Positions 37,147 to 46,422 of a stretch of DNA of 64,000 nt are shown in pieces. Source of the DNA: Gemmatimonadales bacterium (GTDB lineage Bacteria; Gemmatimonadota; Gemmatimonadetes; Gemmatimonadales; GWC2-71-9); contig OZ252244.1 of assembly GCA_965249575.1 (NCBI GenBank), positions 3,104,001-3,168,000 on the forward strand, read 5' to 3'. The notes beneath the pieces are model-generated. The model ran no database searches. It was given only the letters and a program-made list of their open reading frames with translations, and was not told where the DNA came from. How positions within the stretch are numbered: the stretch's first letter is position 1; each line of letters starts with the position of its first letter. A program made the position numbers and the translations under genes.

Positions 37147-38598
37147 ATGCGCACCATTCGGGGGCGCCTGGCGACGTGGTACGCGGTCGCGTTGGGTGCC
37201 ACCATGCTGGTCTTCGCCATCGCGATCTACGCGGTTCAGCGTCGGCAGAACTTCGCCGAGCTGGACGCGCACGCGAGCCTCGAGTCGGAGCTCATTGCCG
37301 CGATTCTGGGCGTTGCCGACCGTGGTCCGGGGTCCCTCGCGGTGGTCGACCCGGAAACGGGACGCCCCGAGCTGGTCGACGACGTTGCCACCACCCTCGA
37401 GGTCATCTCGGACTACGTCATCGTGGCAGACGGGGCGGGGGAAGCGCTCTTCCTCTCCGCCGACGCGCGGGCGCTGCCCTATGCATCATTGATCCGCCTG
37501 TTGGCCCGGACCCTCGCGGACTCCATGGGCTCGGGGGTCGGGATGATCGATCTCGGTCCGCCGGCGGGCGAGACGCGGTATTTCGTCCGGTCGATCTCCG
37601 GCTCCGATCCAGGGGTGGCGTGGGTGCTGTCCGGCGCCTCCACTGTGGACCTGGTCCTTGGACCGCAGCGGCTCCTATCGGTGATGATTGCGATCGCCCC
37701 GCTCATCATTCTGTCATCGACGCTGATCGGCTATTTTTTGGCCGGGCGGACGCTCCAGCCGCTGCAGAACGTTGTGGACGAGGTCGAAGCGATCACCGAC
37801 GGCCGGAGCCTGCACCGGCGCCTCGTCGAGCTCAAGCCGGGCGACGAGCTAGCGAGGCTCGCGGTTACGCTCAACGCCATGCTCGGGCGCCTCGAGCGCA
37901 ACTTCCGGAGTCTCCGCCGCTTCACGGCCGACGCCAGCCACGAGTTGAAAACTCCGCTCACGGTACTGCGCTCTGGCATTGAGCGAGCGGTCACTCACCC
38001 CAAGATCCCGCCCGAAGCCCTCGAGGTGCTTGAGGAGACGCTTGGCGAAGTGAATCAGATGGCCGAAACGGTCGATTCGCTCTTGATGCTGGCGCGGGCC
38101 GATGAGGGAAGGGCACCGCTCCACCTGGAGCAGCTCGACCTGCGAGAAATCCTCCAGGACGTGGCGGAAACGGGCAGTATTCTGGGCGAGCAGGCAGGTG
38201 TGGACGTGGAGGTCAGGGTGCCCGAGGGCCCGATGTGGCTCGCCGCGGACCAGCGCCGCATCCGACAGCTCCTGATGAACCTCTTGACCAACGCCATCAA
38301 GTACACCCCAGCGGGTGGCAATGTGGAGATCGACGCGGCCGCCACGAACGGCACGGTTGCCCTGAAGGTGCGGGACACCGGGATGGGGATAGCGCCGGGC
38401 GACCTCCCGCACATCTTCGACCGCTTCTGGCGGGCCGACGAGGCCCGGAGCAGAACCGGGGCGCGGCCGGGGTCGGGTCTCGGATTAGCGATCTGCAAGT
38501 GGATTGCGGAGGCCCACGGGGGAACGATCGTGGCGCGGAGCCGGCCCGGGCGGGGGACAACGTTCTCGGTCACGTTGCCGACCGTCGAGGAAACTTGA
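37147..38598 (+). CDS. HAMP-domain membrane sensor histidine kinase (CusS-like)
   Basis: Two TM, HAMP DELARLA..LNAML, FTADASHELKTPL, NAIKY, GSGLGL. Confidence 0.92.
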   Translation: MRTIRGRLATWYAVALGATMLVFAIAIYAVQRRQNFAELDAHASLESELIAAILGVADRGPGSLAVVDPETGRPELVDDVATTLEVISDYVIVADGAGEALFLSADARALPYASLIRLLARTLADSMGSGVGMIDLGPPAGETRYFVRSISGSDPGVAWVLSGASTVDLVLGPQRLLSVMIAIAPLIILSSTLIGYFLAGRTLQPLQNVVDEVEAITDGRSLHRRLVELKPGDELARLAVTLNAMLGRLERNFRSLRRFTADASHELKTPLTVLRSGIERAVTHPKIPPEALEVLEETLGEVNQMAETVDSLLMLARADEGRAPLHLEQLDLREILQDVAETGSILGEQAGVDVEVRVPEGPMWLAADQRRIRQLLMNLLTNAIKYTPAGGNVEIDAAATNGTVALKVRDTGMGIAPGDLPHIFDRFWRADEARSRTGARPGSGLGLAICKWIAEAHGGTIVARSRPGRGTTFSVTLPTVEET

Positions 38599-38613
38599 GG
38601 GCCGACGCAATAC

Positions 38614-38640
38614 CGTCATTTGATTGTCACCGTTTTGTAA
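38614..38640 (+). promoter_or_regulatory. OmpR/PhoB-type triple direct repeat upstream of tonB
   Basis: CGTCA (38614), TGTCA (38625), TGTAA (38636) at exact 11-bp period; TATCAT -10-like hexamer at 38674. Confidence 0.55.
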
Positions 38641-38720
38641 TCCTGCGCTCACGGCGGTGCTAGCCGCGACCGGTATCATGCTGATAGATTCTCGCGGTTC
38701 ATACAGCGCGGAGGAAAGTC

Positions 38721-39404
38721 GTGTTCGACACCCTCATTGAGTCAAGACCGAAGAAGAAGCCACTTCGGGAGCGGCTGCCGCAGGCCATGTCGTCATTGGT
38801 GTTTCACGGGTTGGTGATTTGGGGTGCGGTTGTGGCGACACTCGGCGCCGGTGCGCAAGCGGCCGTCGACAAGCTCGACACCAACATGGTGTTCATTGCG
38901 CCTGAGGAAGAGCAGCAAGAAGAAGAACCACCCCCGCCGGAGTTCGAGGCGCCCGAACAGACCTTTACGTCGCTGTCGGCCCCCATCAGCATCCCGACGA
39001 ACATCCCCCCCATCAACCTCGACGAGAAATTCGATCCGACGGCGTTCAGCGGAATCGGTATCGAGAAGGTGATGGAGTCGACCGCCTTCGACATCGATCC
39101 AGGGCAGGCGTTCATCGAGGCCGTCGTGGACGAAAAGCCGGCCTTGATCTCGTCTCCGTCGCTCGACTACCCGGACCTCCTGCGCCAGGCGGGCATCGAG
39201 GGAACCGTGGTGTTGGAGTTCATCGTCGACACCACTGGGCATGCCGAGCGGAACTCCGTGCGCGCGTTGGCTTCCACCAACAAGGCGTTCGAGATCGGCG
39301 CCATCAACATGATTATCGGAAGTCTGTTCCGGCCGGGCCGGGTTCGCGGTCAGGCCGTGCGGGTGTTGGTCCAGCAGCCAATTGCGTTCGTCATCGACCG
39401 ATAG
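38721..39404 (+). CDS. tonB: Energy transducer TonB
   Basis: SLVFH TM motif, Glu/Pro linker, YPDLLRQAGIEGTVVLEFIVD, FRPG. Confidence 0.9.
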   Translation: MFDTLIESRPKKKPLRERLPQAMSSLVFHGLVIWGAVVATLGAGAQAAVDKLDTNMVFIAPEEEQQEEEPPPPEFEAPEQTFTSLSAPISIPTNIPPINLDEKFDPTAFSGIGIEKVMESTAFDIDPGQAFIEAVVDEKPALISSPSLDYPDLLRQAGIEGTVVLEFIVDTTGHAERNSVRALASTNKAFEIGAINMIIGSLFRPGRVRGQAVRVLVQQPIAFVIDR

Positions 39405-39471
39405 CACGGGCATGCGGCCCTGACTGCGGTTAGCTAGTCTAGCAAGCACTCAAAACGGAGCGACAAACGTT

Positions 39472-40215
39472 ATGGAACTCTCACTACTCGAGCTCTGGGG
39501 TCACATGGGATGGTTTGCCAGAGGGATCGTTTTCATCCTGGTGGTCATGTCCGTTATGTCCTTGGGAGTCGCCGCCGGAAAGTGGTGGCGGATCCGTCGC
39601 AGCATGAAGCAGACCGGCAAGTTCGCGCCCGAGTTCGCCCGCTTCCTGCAGGAGGAGCAACTCGACGCCGCTATCACGTTGGCGGAGAAGCAGAAGATCT
39701 CACACGTCGCGCGTGTGTTGGGTGGCGCGCTGGCCGAGGTGAAGCCCCTGCTTCGCGATCGGGCAACCGTGACCGCCGGCGACATCAACTTGGCCGAGCG
39801 GGCCATCGAGCGTGAGATGCTCATACTCCTGTCGGAGCTCAAGCGCGGTCAGGGCATCCTGGCAACGGTGGGCTCCACCGCTCCGTTTGTCGGGCTCCTG
39901 GGCACCACGATGGGCATCGTAAATGCGTTCACAGGCATGGCGCTCACGGGCTCCGGCGGGTTGGCCGCGATTTCCGCGGGTATCGCCGAAGCCTTGATCA
40001 CCACCGCCTTTGGTCTGGGCGTCGCCATCCCGGCCGTGTGGCTGTTCAACTACTTCACCACGCGGATCGAGAATCTGACGGTCGAGATGACCTACACGTC
40101 CAAGGAGTTGATCGACTTTCTGATCCGCAGCGTGGGCAGCGAGTTCGGACGTTCGATCTTCACCAAGGAATTCCAGACGCAGAAGGCCGCTCAGAGTGGG
40201 CACGTCAACCAGTAA
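39472..40215 (+). CDS. exbB: MotA/TolQ/ExbB proton channel
   Basis: LATVGSTAPFVGLLGT, GIAEALITTAFGL. Confidence 0.93.
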   Translation: MELSLLELWGHMGWFARGIVFILVVMSVMSLGVAAGKWWRIRRSMKQTGKFAPEFARFLQEEQLDAAITLAEKQKISHVARVLGGALAEVKPLLRDRATVTAGDINLAERAIEREMLILLSELKRGQGILATVGSTAPFVGLLGTTMGIVNAFTGMALTGSGGLAAISAGIAEALITTAFGLGVAIPAVWLFNYFTTRIENLTVEMTYTSKELIDFLIRSVGSEFGRSIFTKEFQTQKAAQSGHVNQ

Positions 40216-40249
40216 ACAGTTGCGGTTCTAGGGAAGGAGGAACCCGGCA

Positions 40250-40705
40250 ATGGGTATGGCAGCAGGCGGCCCAAGGGGCGGTGTCAAGGCCCAGCCGAAC
40301 GTGGTCCCGATGATCGATATCATGCTCGTGCTCTTGATCATCTTCATGATCGTGACACCGATCATCAGCTCGGGCTTTCAGGCGCAGATGCCCCAGGCCA
40401 AGAACATCGAAGCCCGGCCCGAAGAAGAAGGCGATGTCGTTTTGGGCATCGACAACAACGGCAACTTCTTCCTCGATCCGGGCACAGGCGAGATCTCACC
40501 AGTCAAGGCCGACGATCTCGAGAAGTTCCTGGTAGACGTGTACGGCACGCGCTTAAGCAAAGTCCTGTACTTCCGGGCTGACGCGCAGTTGGATTTCCAG
40601 CGGGTCGAGGACGCGATCCAGATCGCGCGGAAGGCAGGCGTCAGGCTGCTCGCGGCAGTTACGGAAGAGGAGCGGGGGACCGCGACCTTCGGAGGGGGCG
40701 GCTAA
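40250..40705 (+). CDS. exbD: ExbD/TolR biopolymer transport protein
   Basis: PNVVPMIDIMLVLLIIFM. Confidence 0.92.
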   Translation: MGMAAGGPRGGVKAQPNVVPMIDIMLVLLIIFMIVTPIISSGFQAQMPQAKNIEARPEEEGDVVLGIDNNGNFFLDPGTGEISPVKADDLEKFLVDVYGTRLSKVLYFRADAQLDFQRVEDAIQIARKAGVRLLAAVTEEERGTATFGGGG

Positions 40706-40707
40706 CC

Positions 40708-41130
40708 ATGACACTACACCTACCCGAAGCAGCCGAAGATTTTGACGCCGAGCCGAACGTCGTGCCGATGATCGACATCCTGCTGGTCTTGTTGATCATC
40801 TTCATGATGCAGGTACCCCTGCAACGCAAAGCGATGGACGTGCAGGTACCGGCCGAAGAGAAGGTCTCGCAGGAACAGGCGGGTGAAAGCAACCAAATCG
40901 TGCTGGAGCTAAAGAACGACGGCACGTACGAGGTCAACACCCAGCCCGTCTCCAAGGGGGGTCTGGACGCGAAGTTCCACGAGATCTACGACGAGCGCCC
41001 CGCCAAGCTGTTGTTCATCAAGGTCGGGGGGACTCGGAAGTACCAGGAAGTGATTGAAGCGATGGACATCGCCCGAAGCTCCGGAGTCCAGGTGATCGGG
41101 TTCGTTCCGCCGGAGGGAGAGTCCGGCTGA
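40708..41130 (+). CDS. exbD: Second ExbD/TolR protein
   Basis: PNVVPMIDILLVLLIIFM. Confidence 0.92.
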   Translation: MTLHLPEAAEDFDAEPNVVPMIDILLVLLIIFMMQVPLQRKAMDVQVPAEEKVSQEQAGESNQIVLELKNDGTYEVNTQPVSKGGLDAKFHEIYDERPAKLLFIKVGGTRKYQEVIEAMDIARSSGVQVIGFVPPEGESG

Positions 41131-41208
41131 TCGGATTCATCGACTTCCGTACATCGATCGGGCGCGGGGGCGGATAGCTCTCGCGCCCGCGGTGTATATT
41201 GGTGCGAA

Positions 41209-41958
41209 ATGGCCCATCGTCGCACGCTCACCCTTCAGCTGCCGCCGACCGGGCGCTCATTCGTTAGGCCTGTGGTCGGCTCCCTCGTCCTGCACGTCGT
41301 GGGGGTTGGCGTCATGGTATGGTTCGGCCTGGGTCCGTTTGCGAGGACGGCCAGCGAGGACGGCCGGACTCGTTTTGGCGTGGGAGGTGGTGGCGGCGGT
41401 GGCGCGTCCGTTGTTCAGGTCGACCTCTCCCAGTTTCTCCGTTCCGACGCTGCCACGGACCTGCCGCGGCGGAACGAGCGCCGTGACCCCACGTTCGTTA
41501 AACCGGTCGTGGTCACGTTGGTGCCGAAACGGGTCGAGAACCCGGTCGACTACGGGCGGCGGATCGTGCCGACCGATCTGTTGATCGCCGGGCTCCGCGG
41601 GGGGCTCAGCGCGGGAACGGGTCGTGGCGGGGGATCGGGATCCGGTGCCGGGGGGGGCGGCGGCCGGGACGAGGGCGCGGGGCGCGCCGATCCGGATCTA
41701 GTTTTGCCGCCAAAGGCCCGCTATTCAATCCTCCCCCCGCTTCCACAACCCTCCTCAGTTCGAGGCCAATCGTTTCGCGTGCTGTTCCGTGTCGACGCCG
41801 CTGGTGACGTGGTCGGTGTCGAAGTCGATCCGGAGATCCCGGACGACTCCTACCGACGCCGATTCGTAGCGCTCATGTACGAGTATGCCTTCGAACCAGC
41901 GCAACGGCCTGATGGAACCGCTGTCGACGGAGTAACCGTCATAACCATTACGCTGTAA
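41209..41958 (+). CDS. Divergent TonB-like protein with Gly-rich linker
   Basis: SLVLH TM motif; C-terminal FRVDAAGDV...YAFEPA..PDG. Confidence 0.65.
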   Translation: MAHRRTLTLQLPPTGRSFVRPVVGSLVLHVVGVGVMVWFGLGPFARTASEDGRTRFGVGGGGGGGASVVQVDLSQFLRSDAATDLPRRNERRDPTFVKPVVVTLVPKRVENPVDYGRRIVPTDLLIAGLRGGLSAGTGRGGGSGSGAGGGGGRDEGAGRADPDLVLPPKARYSILPPLPQPSSVRGQSFRVLFRVDAAGDVVGVEVDPEIPDDSYRRRFVALMYEYAFEPAQRPDGTAVDGVTVITITL

Positions 41959-42042
41959 CCACTGCCGGCTCGGTACACGCCCTACCACGAGGGCTCGCTC
42001 TCGAACCGATGGTCGCTGGGTCATCCATAAGGAGGAGGCTCG

Positions 42043-43593
42043 ATGCGTCAGCTCTTTGCCCGGAAGTCCGTCTCGGTGTTGGCGGGTGAGGCCGCCTCCG
42101 GCGCCCACGGACTCAAGCGAGTACTGGGCAAGTGGGATCTGACCGCCCTCGGCGTCGGGGCGATAATCGGGGCAGGGATCTTTGCCACGACCGGGACCGC
42201 GATCGTCGGGGAAACGTCGATCACCGGCGACGTGGTGCGTCTCGGCGCCGGACCGGCCATTATCCTCTCGTTCGTTCTCACCGGGGTCGCCTGCGGCTTT
42301 GCGGCCCTCTGCTACGCGGAGTTCGCGGCCATGGTGCCGATATCCGGCTCCGCCTACACCTACGCGTACGCGTCGCTGGGCGAGCTCGTCGCGTGGATCA
42401 TCGGGTGGGACCTCATCATCGAGTACGCCGTCGGGAACGTCGCGGTTGCGATTTCGTGGGCCGGCCACCTGCGGGCGCTCGTCGCCCAGTTCGGGTTGGA
42501 GATCCCGGCGTGGATCAGCACCGATTACCGGTCAGCGCTCCAGGCCACGGCGGCCGTTAGGGACGGCGCCATCGATTTTGGGACCGTCTACCTCGCGACA
42601 GCGCTCACGGAGGCGCCGAGGGTGCTCGGCGTGCCGATCATCTTCAACCTTCCCGCGGTCGTGATCATCGTCGCCCTCACCGCCCTCCTCGTCTACGGCA
42701 TCCGGGAGTCGGCAAGAGCGAACTCGATCATGGTCGTGGTCAAGGTCGGCATCGTCCTGTTCTTCGTCGCCGTTGGAGCGTTCTTCCTGAAACCGGACAA
42801 CCTGACCGCACACGGCGGTTTCGCGCCGAACGGGTTCAAGGGCATCAGCGCGGGCGCGGCCATCATCTTTTTCAGTTATATCGGCTTTGACGCGGTATCG
42901 ACCGCGGCCGAAGAGACCAAGGATCCCAAGAGAGACATGCCGTTTGGCATTATCATGAGTCTCGTAGTCTGCACCACGATCTATATCCTCGTCGCCCTCA
43001 TCATGACGGGAATGGCCCCGTGGCCGCGGCTCGGTACCGCGGAGCCGATGCTCACCGCGTTGAGCTTGGCCCAAGGCAACGAATCGCTGCTTGGTTTTGC
43101 GAGGTTCGTGGTGGCGCTCGGCGCGGTCATCGCTATGACGACGGTCTTACTCGTGTTTCAGATGGGTCAGCCTCGAATCTTCTTCTCGATGGCACGGGAT
43201 GGACTCCTCCCGAGCTGGGCGGCGAAGGTTCATCCGAAATTCAAGACACCGTATGTCACGACGATCATCACCGGGGTAGTCGTTGCGTCATTCGCTGCGT
43301 TCGCGAACATCGAGGAGGTTGTGGACCTCACGAACATCGGCACGCTGTTCGCGTTCGTGCTCGTCTCGCTCGGCGTGTTGGTGCTGCGATATTCGGAGCC
43401 CGACCGGGAACGCCCGTTTCGCGTACCCCTGTCGCCTTTCGTGCCTCTCGCCGCGATAGTGGCGTGCACGTTTCTGATGACCCGCCTGCCGACGGTGACT
43501 TGGATCCGGTTCGGGATCTGGCTGGCAATTGGAATCGTCATCTATTTCCTCTACGGCTACCGAAAGAGCCGGCTCCGAGGCACGGCGTCGTAA
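42043..43593 (+). CDS. APC-superfamily amino acid permease (cationic amino acid transporter-like)
   Basis: GAIIGAGIF, CYAEFAAMVPISGSAYTY, FSYIGFDAVST, MARDGLLP. Confidence 0.93.
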   Translation: MRQLFARKSVSVLAGEAASGAHGLKRVLGKWDLTALGVGAIIGAGIFATTGTAIVGETSITGDVVRLGAGPAIILSFVLTGVACGFAALCYAEFAAMVPISGSAYTYAYASLGELVAWIIGWDLIIEYAVGNVAVAISWAGHLRALVAQFGLEIPAWISTDYRSALQATAAVRDGAIDFGTVYLATALTEAPRVLGVPIIFNLPAVVIIVALTALLVYGIRESARANSIMVVVKVGIVLFFVAVGAFFLKPDNLTAHGGFAPNGFKGISAGAAIIFFSYIGFDAVSTAAEETKDPKRDMPFGIIMSLVVCTTIYILVALIMTGMAPWPRLGTAEPMLTALSLAQGNESLLGFARFVVALGAVIAMTTVLLVFQMGQPRIFFSMARDGLLPSWAAKVHPKFKTPYVTTIITGVVVASFAAFANIEEVVDLTNIGTLFAFVLVSLGVLVLRYSEPDRERPFRVPLSPFVPLAAIVACTFLMTRLPTVTWIRFGIWLAIGIVIYFLYGYRKSRLRGTAS

Positions 43594-43620
43594 CGCAGCG
43601 GTTGGCCGGCACCCGCGCTG

Positions 43621-44526
43621 CTATAGGAGGCCCTGGGCTACCCGAAGGGCTCCGATCACTGGGTCGACGGGACCCTCTACGATGATGGCCTCGGGGAGCC
43701 GCTCCTCCACGAGGGCCGCAAGTTCCTCGCGGACAGGCGACCCCGCACTCAACAAACCGCCCGAGAGCGCCACTCTGGGGGAGGCCGCTTCGCTGAAGTG
43801 CTTTGACAGCGCGGTCACATGGGCGAGGAGGTCACCGGCCGCCATCCGAACGATGTTCCTGGCGACCGTATCGCTTGCCCGTGCTGCCGCGCTCACGGCC
43901 CGCGCCAATCCCGCGATCGCCTGGCGGTCCGCCTCGCCGATCCACTGAAGGAGAGAGTGCACGTCGCTGCATTCGACCATCGCTGAGATTCCGTCCGTGA
44001 GGGCGGTGGACTCGCCACGGCCATCCGCCGCACGGAAGACGGCCCGCAGGGCCATCTGGCCAACGGCGTACCCGCTACCCTCGTCGCCGAGCCGCCATCC
44101 GAGGCCGCCGGCGCGAACCACGTGGCCTCCCGGATCCCGCGCGAAGGCGACCGACCCCGTTCCCGCGATGAGGACGATGCCCTCGCCCTCCGGGAACGCA
44201 CTCTCAAGAGCGATATGTGCATCCGTCGTCACCAACAGCGTCGCCGCCAGTGACTGGGCGGCCAGCTCACCTTGGAGCACCGCCCGTGCCGTTTCGTCGC
44301 CAGCACCCGCGGCCCCCACCGCGAGGGCGTCCACGGGCGGGTCTTTTTCTGCGGTGTTCAGCGTGGACCGGATTGTCGCGCTTATTGCGAGGGCGGCTGA
44401 CCGTGTCTCGTGGCGGCGAATGGAACCTCGAGGTCCCGAGTGTCTGGCCAACGGCTCCAGGTCGGGGCCCGAGACGGCGACCTCCGTGTGCGAGCCGCCG
44501 GCGTCGACGCCGGCCAGGACGGTCAC
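43621..44526 (-). CDS. BadF/BcrA-type N-acetylhexosamine (GlcNAc/MurNAc) kinase
   Basis: GVDAGGSHT, IAGTGS, RAGGLGWRLGDEGSG; GTGA overlap with SSS gene. Confidence 0.85.
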   Translation of the reverse strand: MTVLAGVDAGGSHTEVAVSGPDLEPLARHSGPRGSIRRHETRSAALAISATIRSTLNTAEKDPPVDALAVGAAGAGDETARAVLQGELAAQSLAATLLVTTDAHIALESAFPEGEGIVLIAGTGSVAFARDPGGHVVRAGGLGWRLGDEGSGYAVGQMALRAVFRAADGRGESTALTDGISAMVECSDVHSLLQWIGEADRQAIAGLARAVSAAARASDTVARNIVRMAAGDLLAHVTALSKHFSEAASPRVALSGGLLSAGSPVREELAALVEERLPEAIIVEGPVDPVIGALRVAQGLL

Positions 44527-45959
44527 GTGTGGCCCGTGGCGCGTCGGAGGAGTGCGGACCCGTGCCCGACGGCGGTTGTGATGAGCGTTCCGAGCGGCAC
44601 GTACCAGGGCCAGGCCAACGACGCGAAGGGACCGGGTTTTCCTAGAACGACTACGCCCATCGCGATGGTTGCCACGGCGAGGGCCGTAATCGCGTCACGC
44701 TCGCGGAGGGTCGCGCTGGTGCCTCCCAGGATGTACGTGCCGAGCAAGGCGCCGTAGGCGATCGAGGCGACCGACAGCGCGAGCTCGACGACCGGCTGGC
44801 CGGTGGTTCGAAAGGCGAGTGCGCCGCCGACCAAGACCATGGCCCACAGGACGGTCGACCACCTCCCAACCCAAAGGAGGTGCCGGGGATCGCGGCGTCC
44901 CGTCAGGGGCGCATAGAAATCGTGCGTGGTCGCGGAGGCCAGCGAGTTGAGCGATGAGCTGACAGTGCTCATCGCCGCGGCGAGGATACCTGCGATCACC
45001 AGCCCCGACAGTCCCTGCGGCAGGTGGTCGACGATGAAATATGGGTAGATCTGATCGCTCGAGAGTCCGGGGGCATCAGCCCCCGCAGCCCACAGGAACG
45101 TGCCTACCAACAGAAAGACGGCGAACTGCACGAATACCAAGAGGCCTGATCCGATCAGAGCCCGCCGAGCTCCGCGCAGGTCGCGAGTGGCCAGCAGGCG
45201 CTGAACGATGAGGTGGTCCGTTCCGTGAGAGGCGGCCGAAAGCAATGCGCCTCCGATCAGGCCTCCCAACAGCGTATAGGGGGCGCGGAACGATAGGGTG
45301 AAATCGACCGCATGGAGCTTTCCATCGCTCGCGGCACGTGCCAGCGCGGTGTCGAAACCGGATGCCAGGTCCGCGGCGATGGTGATGGTCGCGATGCCGG
45401 CCACAACGTAGATCCCCAGCTGAATCACATCGACCCAGACGACCGCTTTGAGCCCGCCGGTCCAGGTGTAGACGACCGTCACGACCGCCAGTGCCAGAAC
45501 GCTGGCCGGGATGGACCAGCCAGTAACGATCGCGAGGGGGATCGCAGTGGCGAACACCCGCACGCTGTCTCCTAAGGCCCGAACCGTCATGAACACCGCC
45601 GAGGCGGCCCGCCGTGTGCGGTGACCAAACCGGGACTCGAGCCGCTGGTAGGCCGTTTCCTGATCGCCTCGGAAGTAGCCCGGCAACAGCCACGCCGCGA
45701 CCGCGAGGCGGCCCAGGATGTATCCGAGCGGGAGTTGCAGGAACGTTAGGTTACCTCGGGCGGCGATACCGGGTATCGAGATAACCGTGAGGGCGGATGT
45801 CTCGGTCGCGACGATCGAAAGCATGATCGCCCACCAGGGCAGGCCGCGTGCCCCGAGGAAGTAGTCGGTTGCGTCCCGTTGCTGGCGACCGAAGTATGCT
45901 CCGATTCCGAGCACGAGCGCGACGTAGGTCGCCATGACCGCGACGTCGACTGCGTTCAC
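44523..45959 (-). CDS. Sodium:solute symporter (amino-sugar candidate)
   Basis: SIVATETS, HGTDHLIVQR, AAAMSTVSS. Confidence 0.9.
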   Translation of the reverse strand: MNAVDVAVMATYVALVLGIGAYFGRQQRDATDYFLGARGLPWWAIMLSIVATETSALTVISIPGIAARGNLTFLQLPLGYILGRLAVAAWLLPGYFRGDQETAYQRLESRFGHRTRRAASAVFMTVRALGDSVRVFATAIPLAIVTGWSIPASVLALAVVTVVYTWTGGLKAVVWVDVIQLGIYVVAGIATITIAADLASGFDTALARAASDGKLHAVDFTLSFRAPYTLLGGLIGGALLSAASHGTDHLIVQRLLATRDLRGARRALIGSGLLVFVQFAVFLLVGTFLWAAGADAPGLSSDQIYPYFIVDHLPQGLSGLVIAGILAAAMSTVSSSLNSLASATTHDFYAPLTGRRDPRHLLWVGRWSTVLWAMVLVGGALAFRTTGQPVVELALSVASIAYGALLGTYILGGTSATLRERDAITALAVATIAMGVVVLGKPGPFASLAWPWYVPLGTLITTAVGHGSALLRRATGHT

Positions 45960-46034
45960 CTCGCCTCGCTGGCAAGAAGAAGGGCCTGCAAATACCGGCA
46001 GGCCCGTGATGTGTCGCTGACTAGTGGCTGCCTG

Positions 46035-46397
46035 CTACGCGGTGAAGGAACTCCCGCACCCGCATCCACCCGATGCGTTGGGGTTGCTGAACGTGAAGCC
46101 GGCACCCTGGAATGACGATGTGTAGTCGACGGTAGTGCCGTTCAAGTATTGAGCGCTGAATGCGTCGACAAACACCCGGATGCCTTTAATCTCCATCACG
46201 ATGTCGTCGTCGAATGGTCGCTCCTCGATGTTGAGACCATACTTGAACCCGGAGCAACCGCCGGGCAGCACGGCGACTCGCAGTCCGGCCGTCTCCTCGG
46301 GGACCTGCTCCTGCTCCATGAACTTCCGTACCTGCTCCGAGGCATGCTCGGTAATGGTCAAATCGACGGTCACGTCGGGTTGCTGCGTAGTTGACAT
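46035..46397 (-). CDS. erpA: A-type Fe-S carrier (HesB/IscA/ErpA)
   Basis: GGCSGFKY, NPNASGGCGCGSSF. Confidence 0.9.
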   Translation of the reverse strand: MSTTQQPDVTVDLTITEHASEQVRKFMEQEQVPEETAGLRVAVLPGGCSGFKYGLNIEERPFDDDIVMEIKGIRVFVDAFSAQYLNGTTVDYTSSFQGAGFTFSNPNASGGCGCGSSFTA

Positions 46398-46422
46398 GGT
46401 ACCTCCTTCTTCCCTTGTGAAC

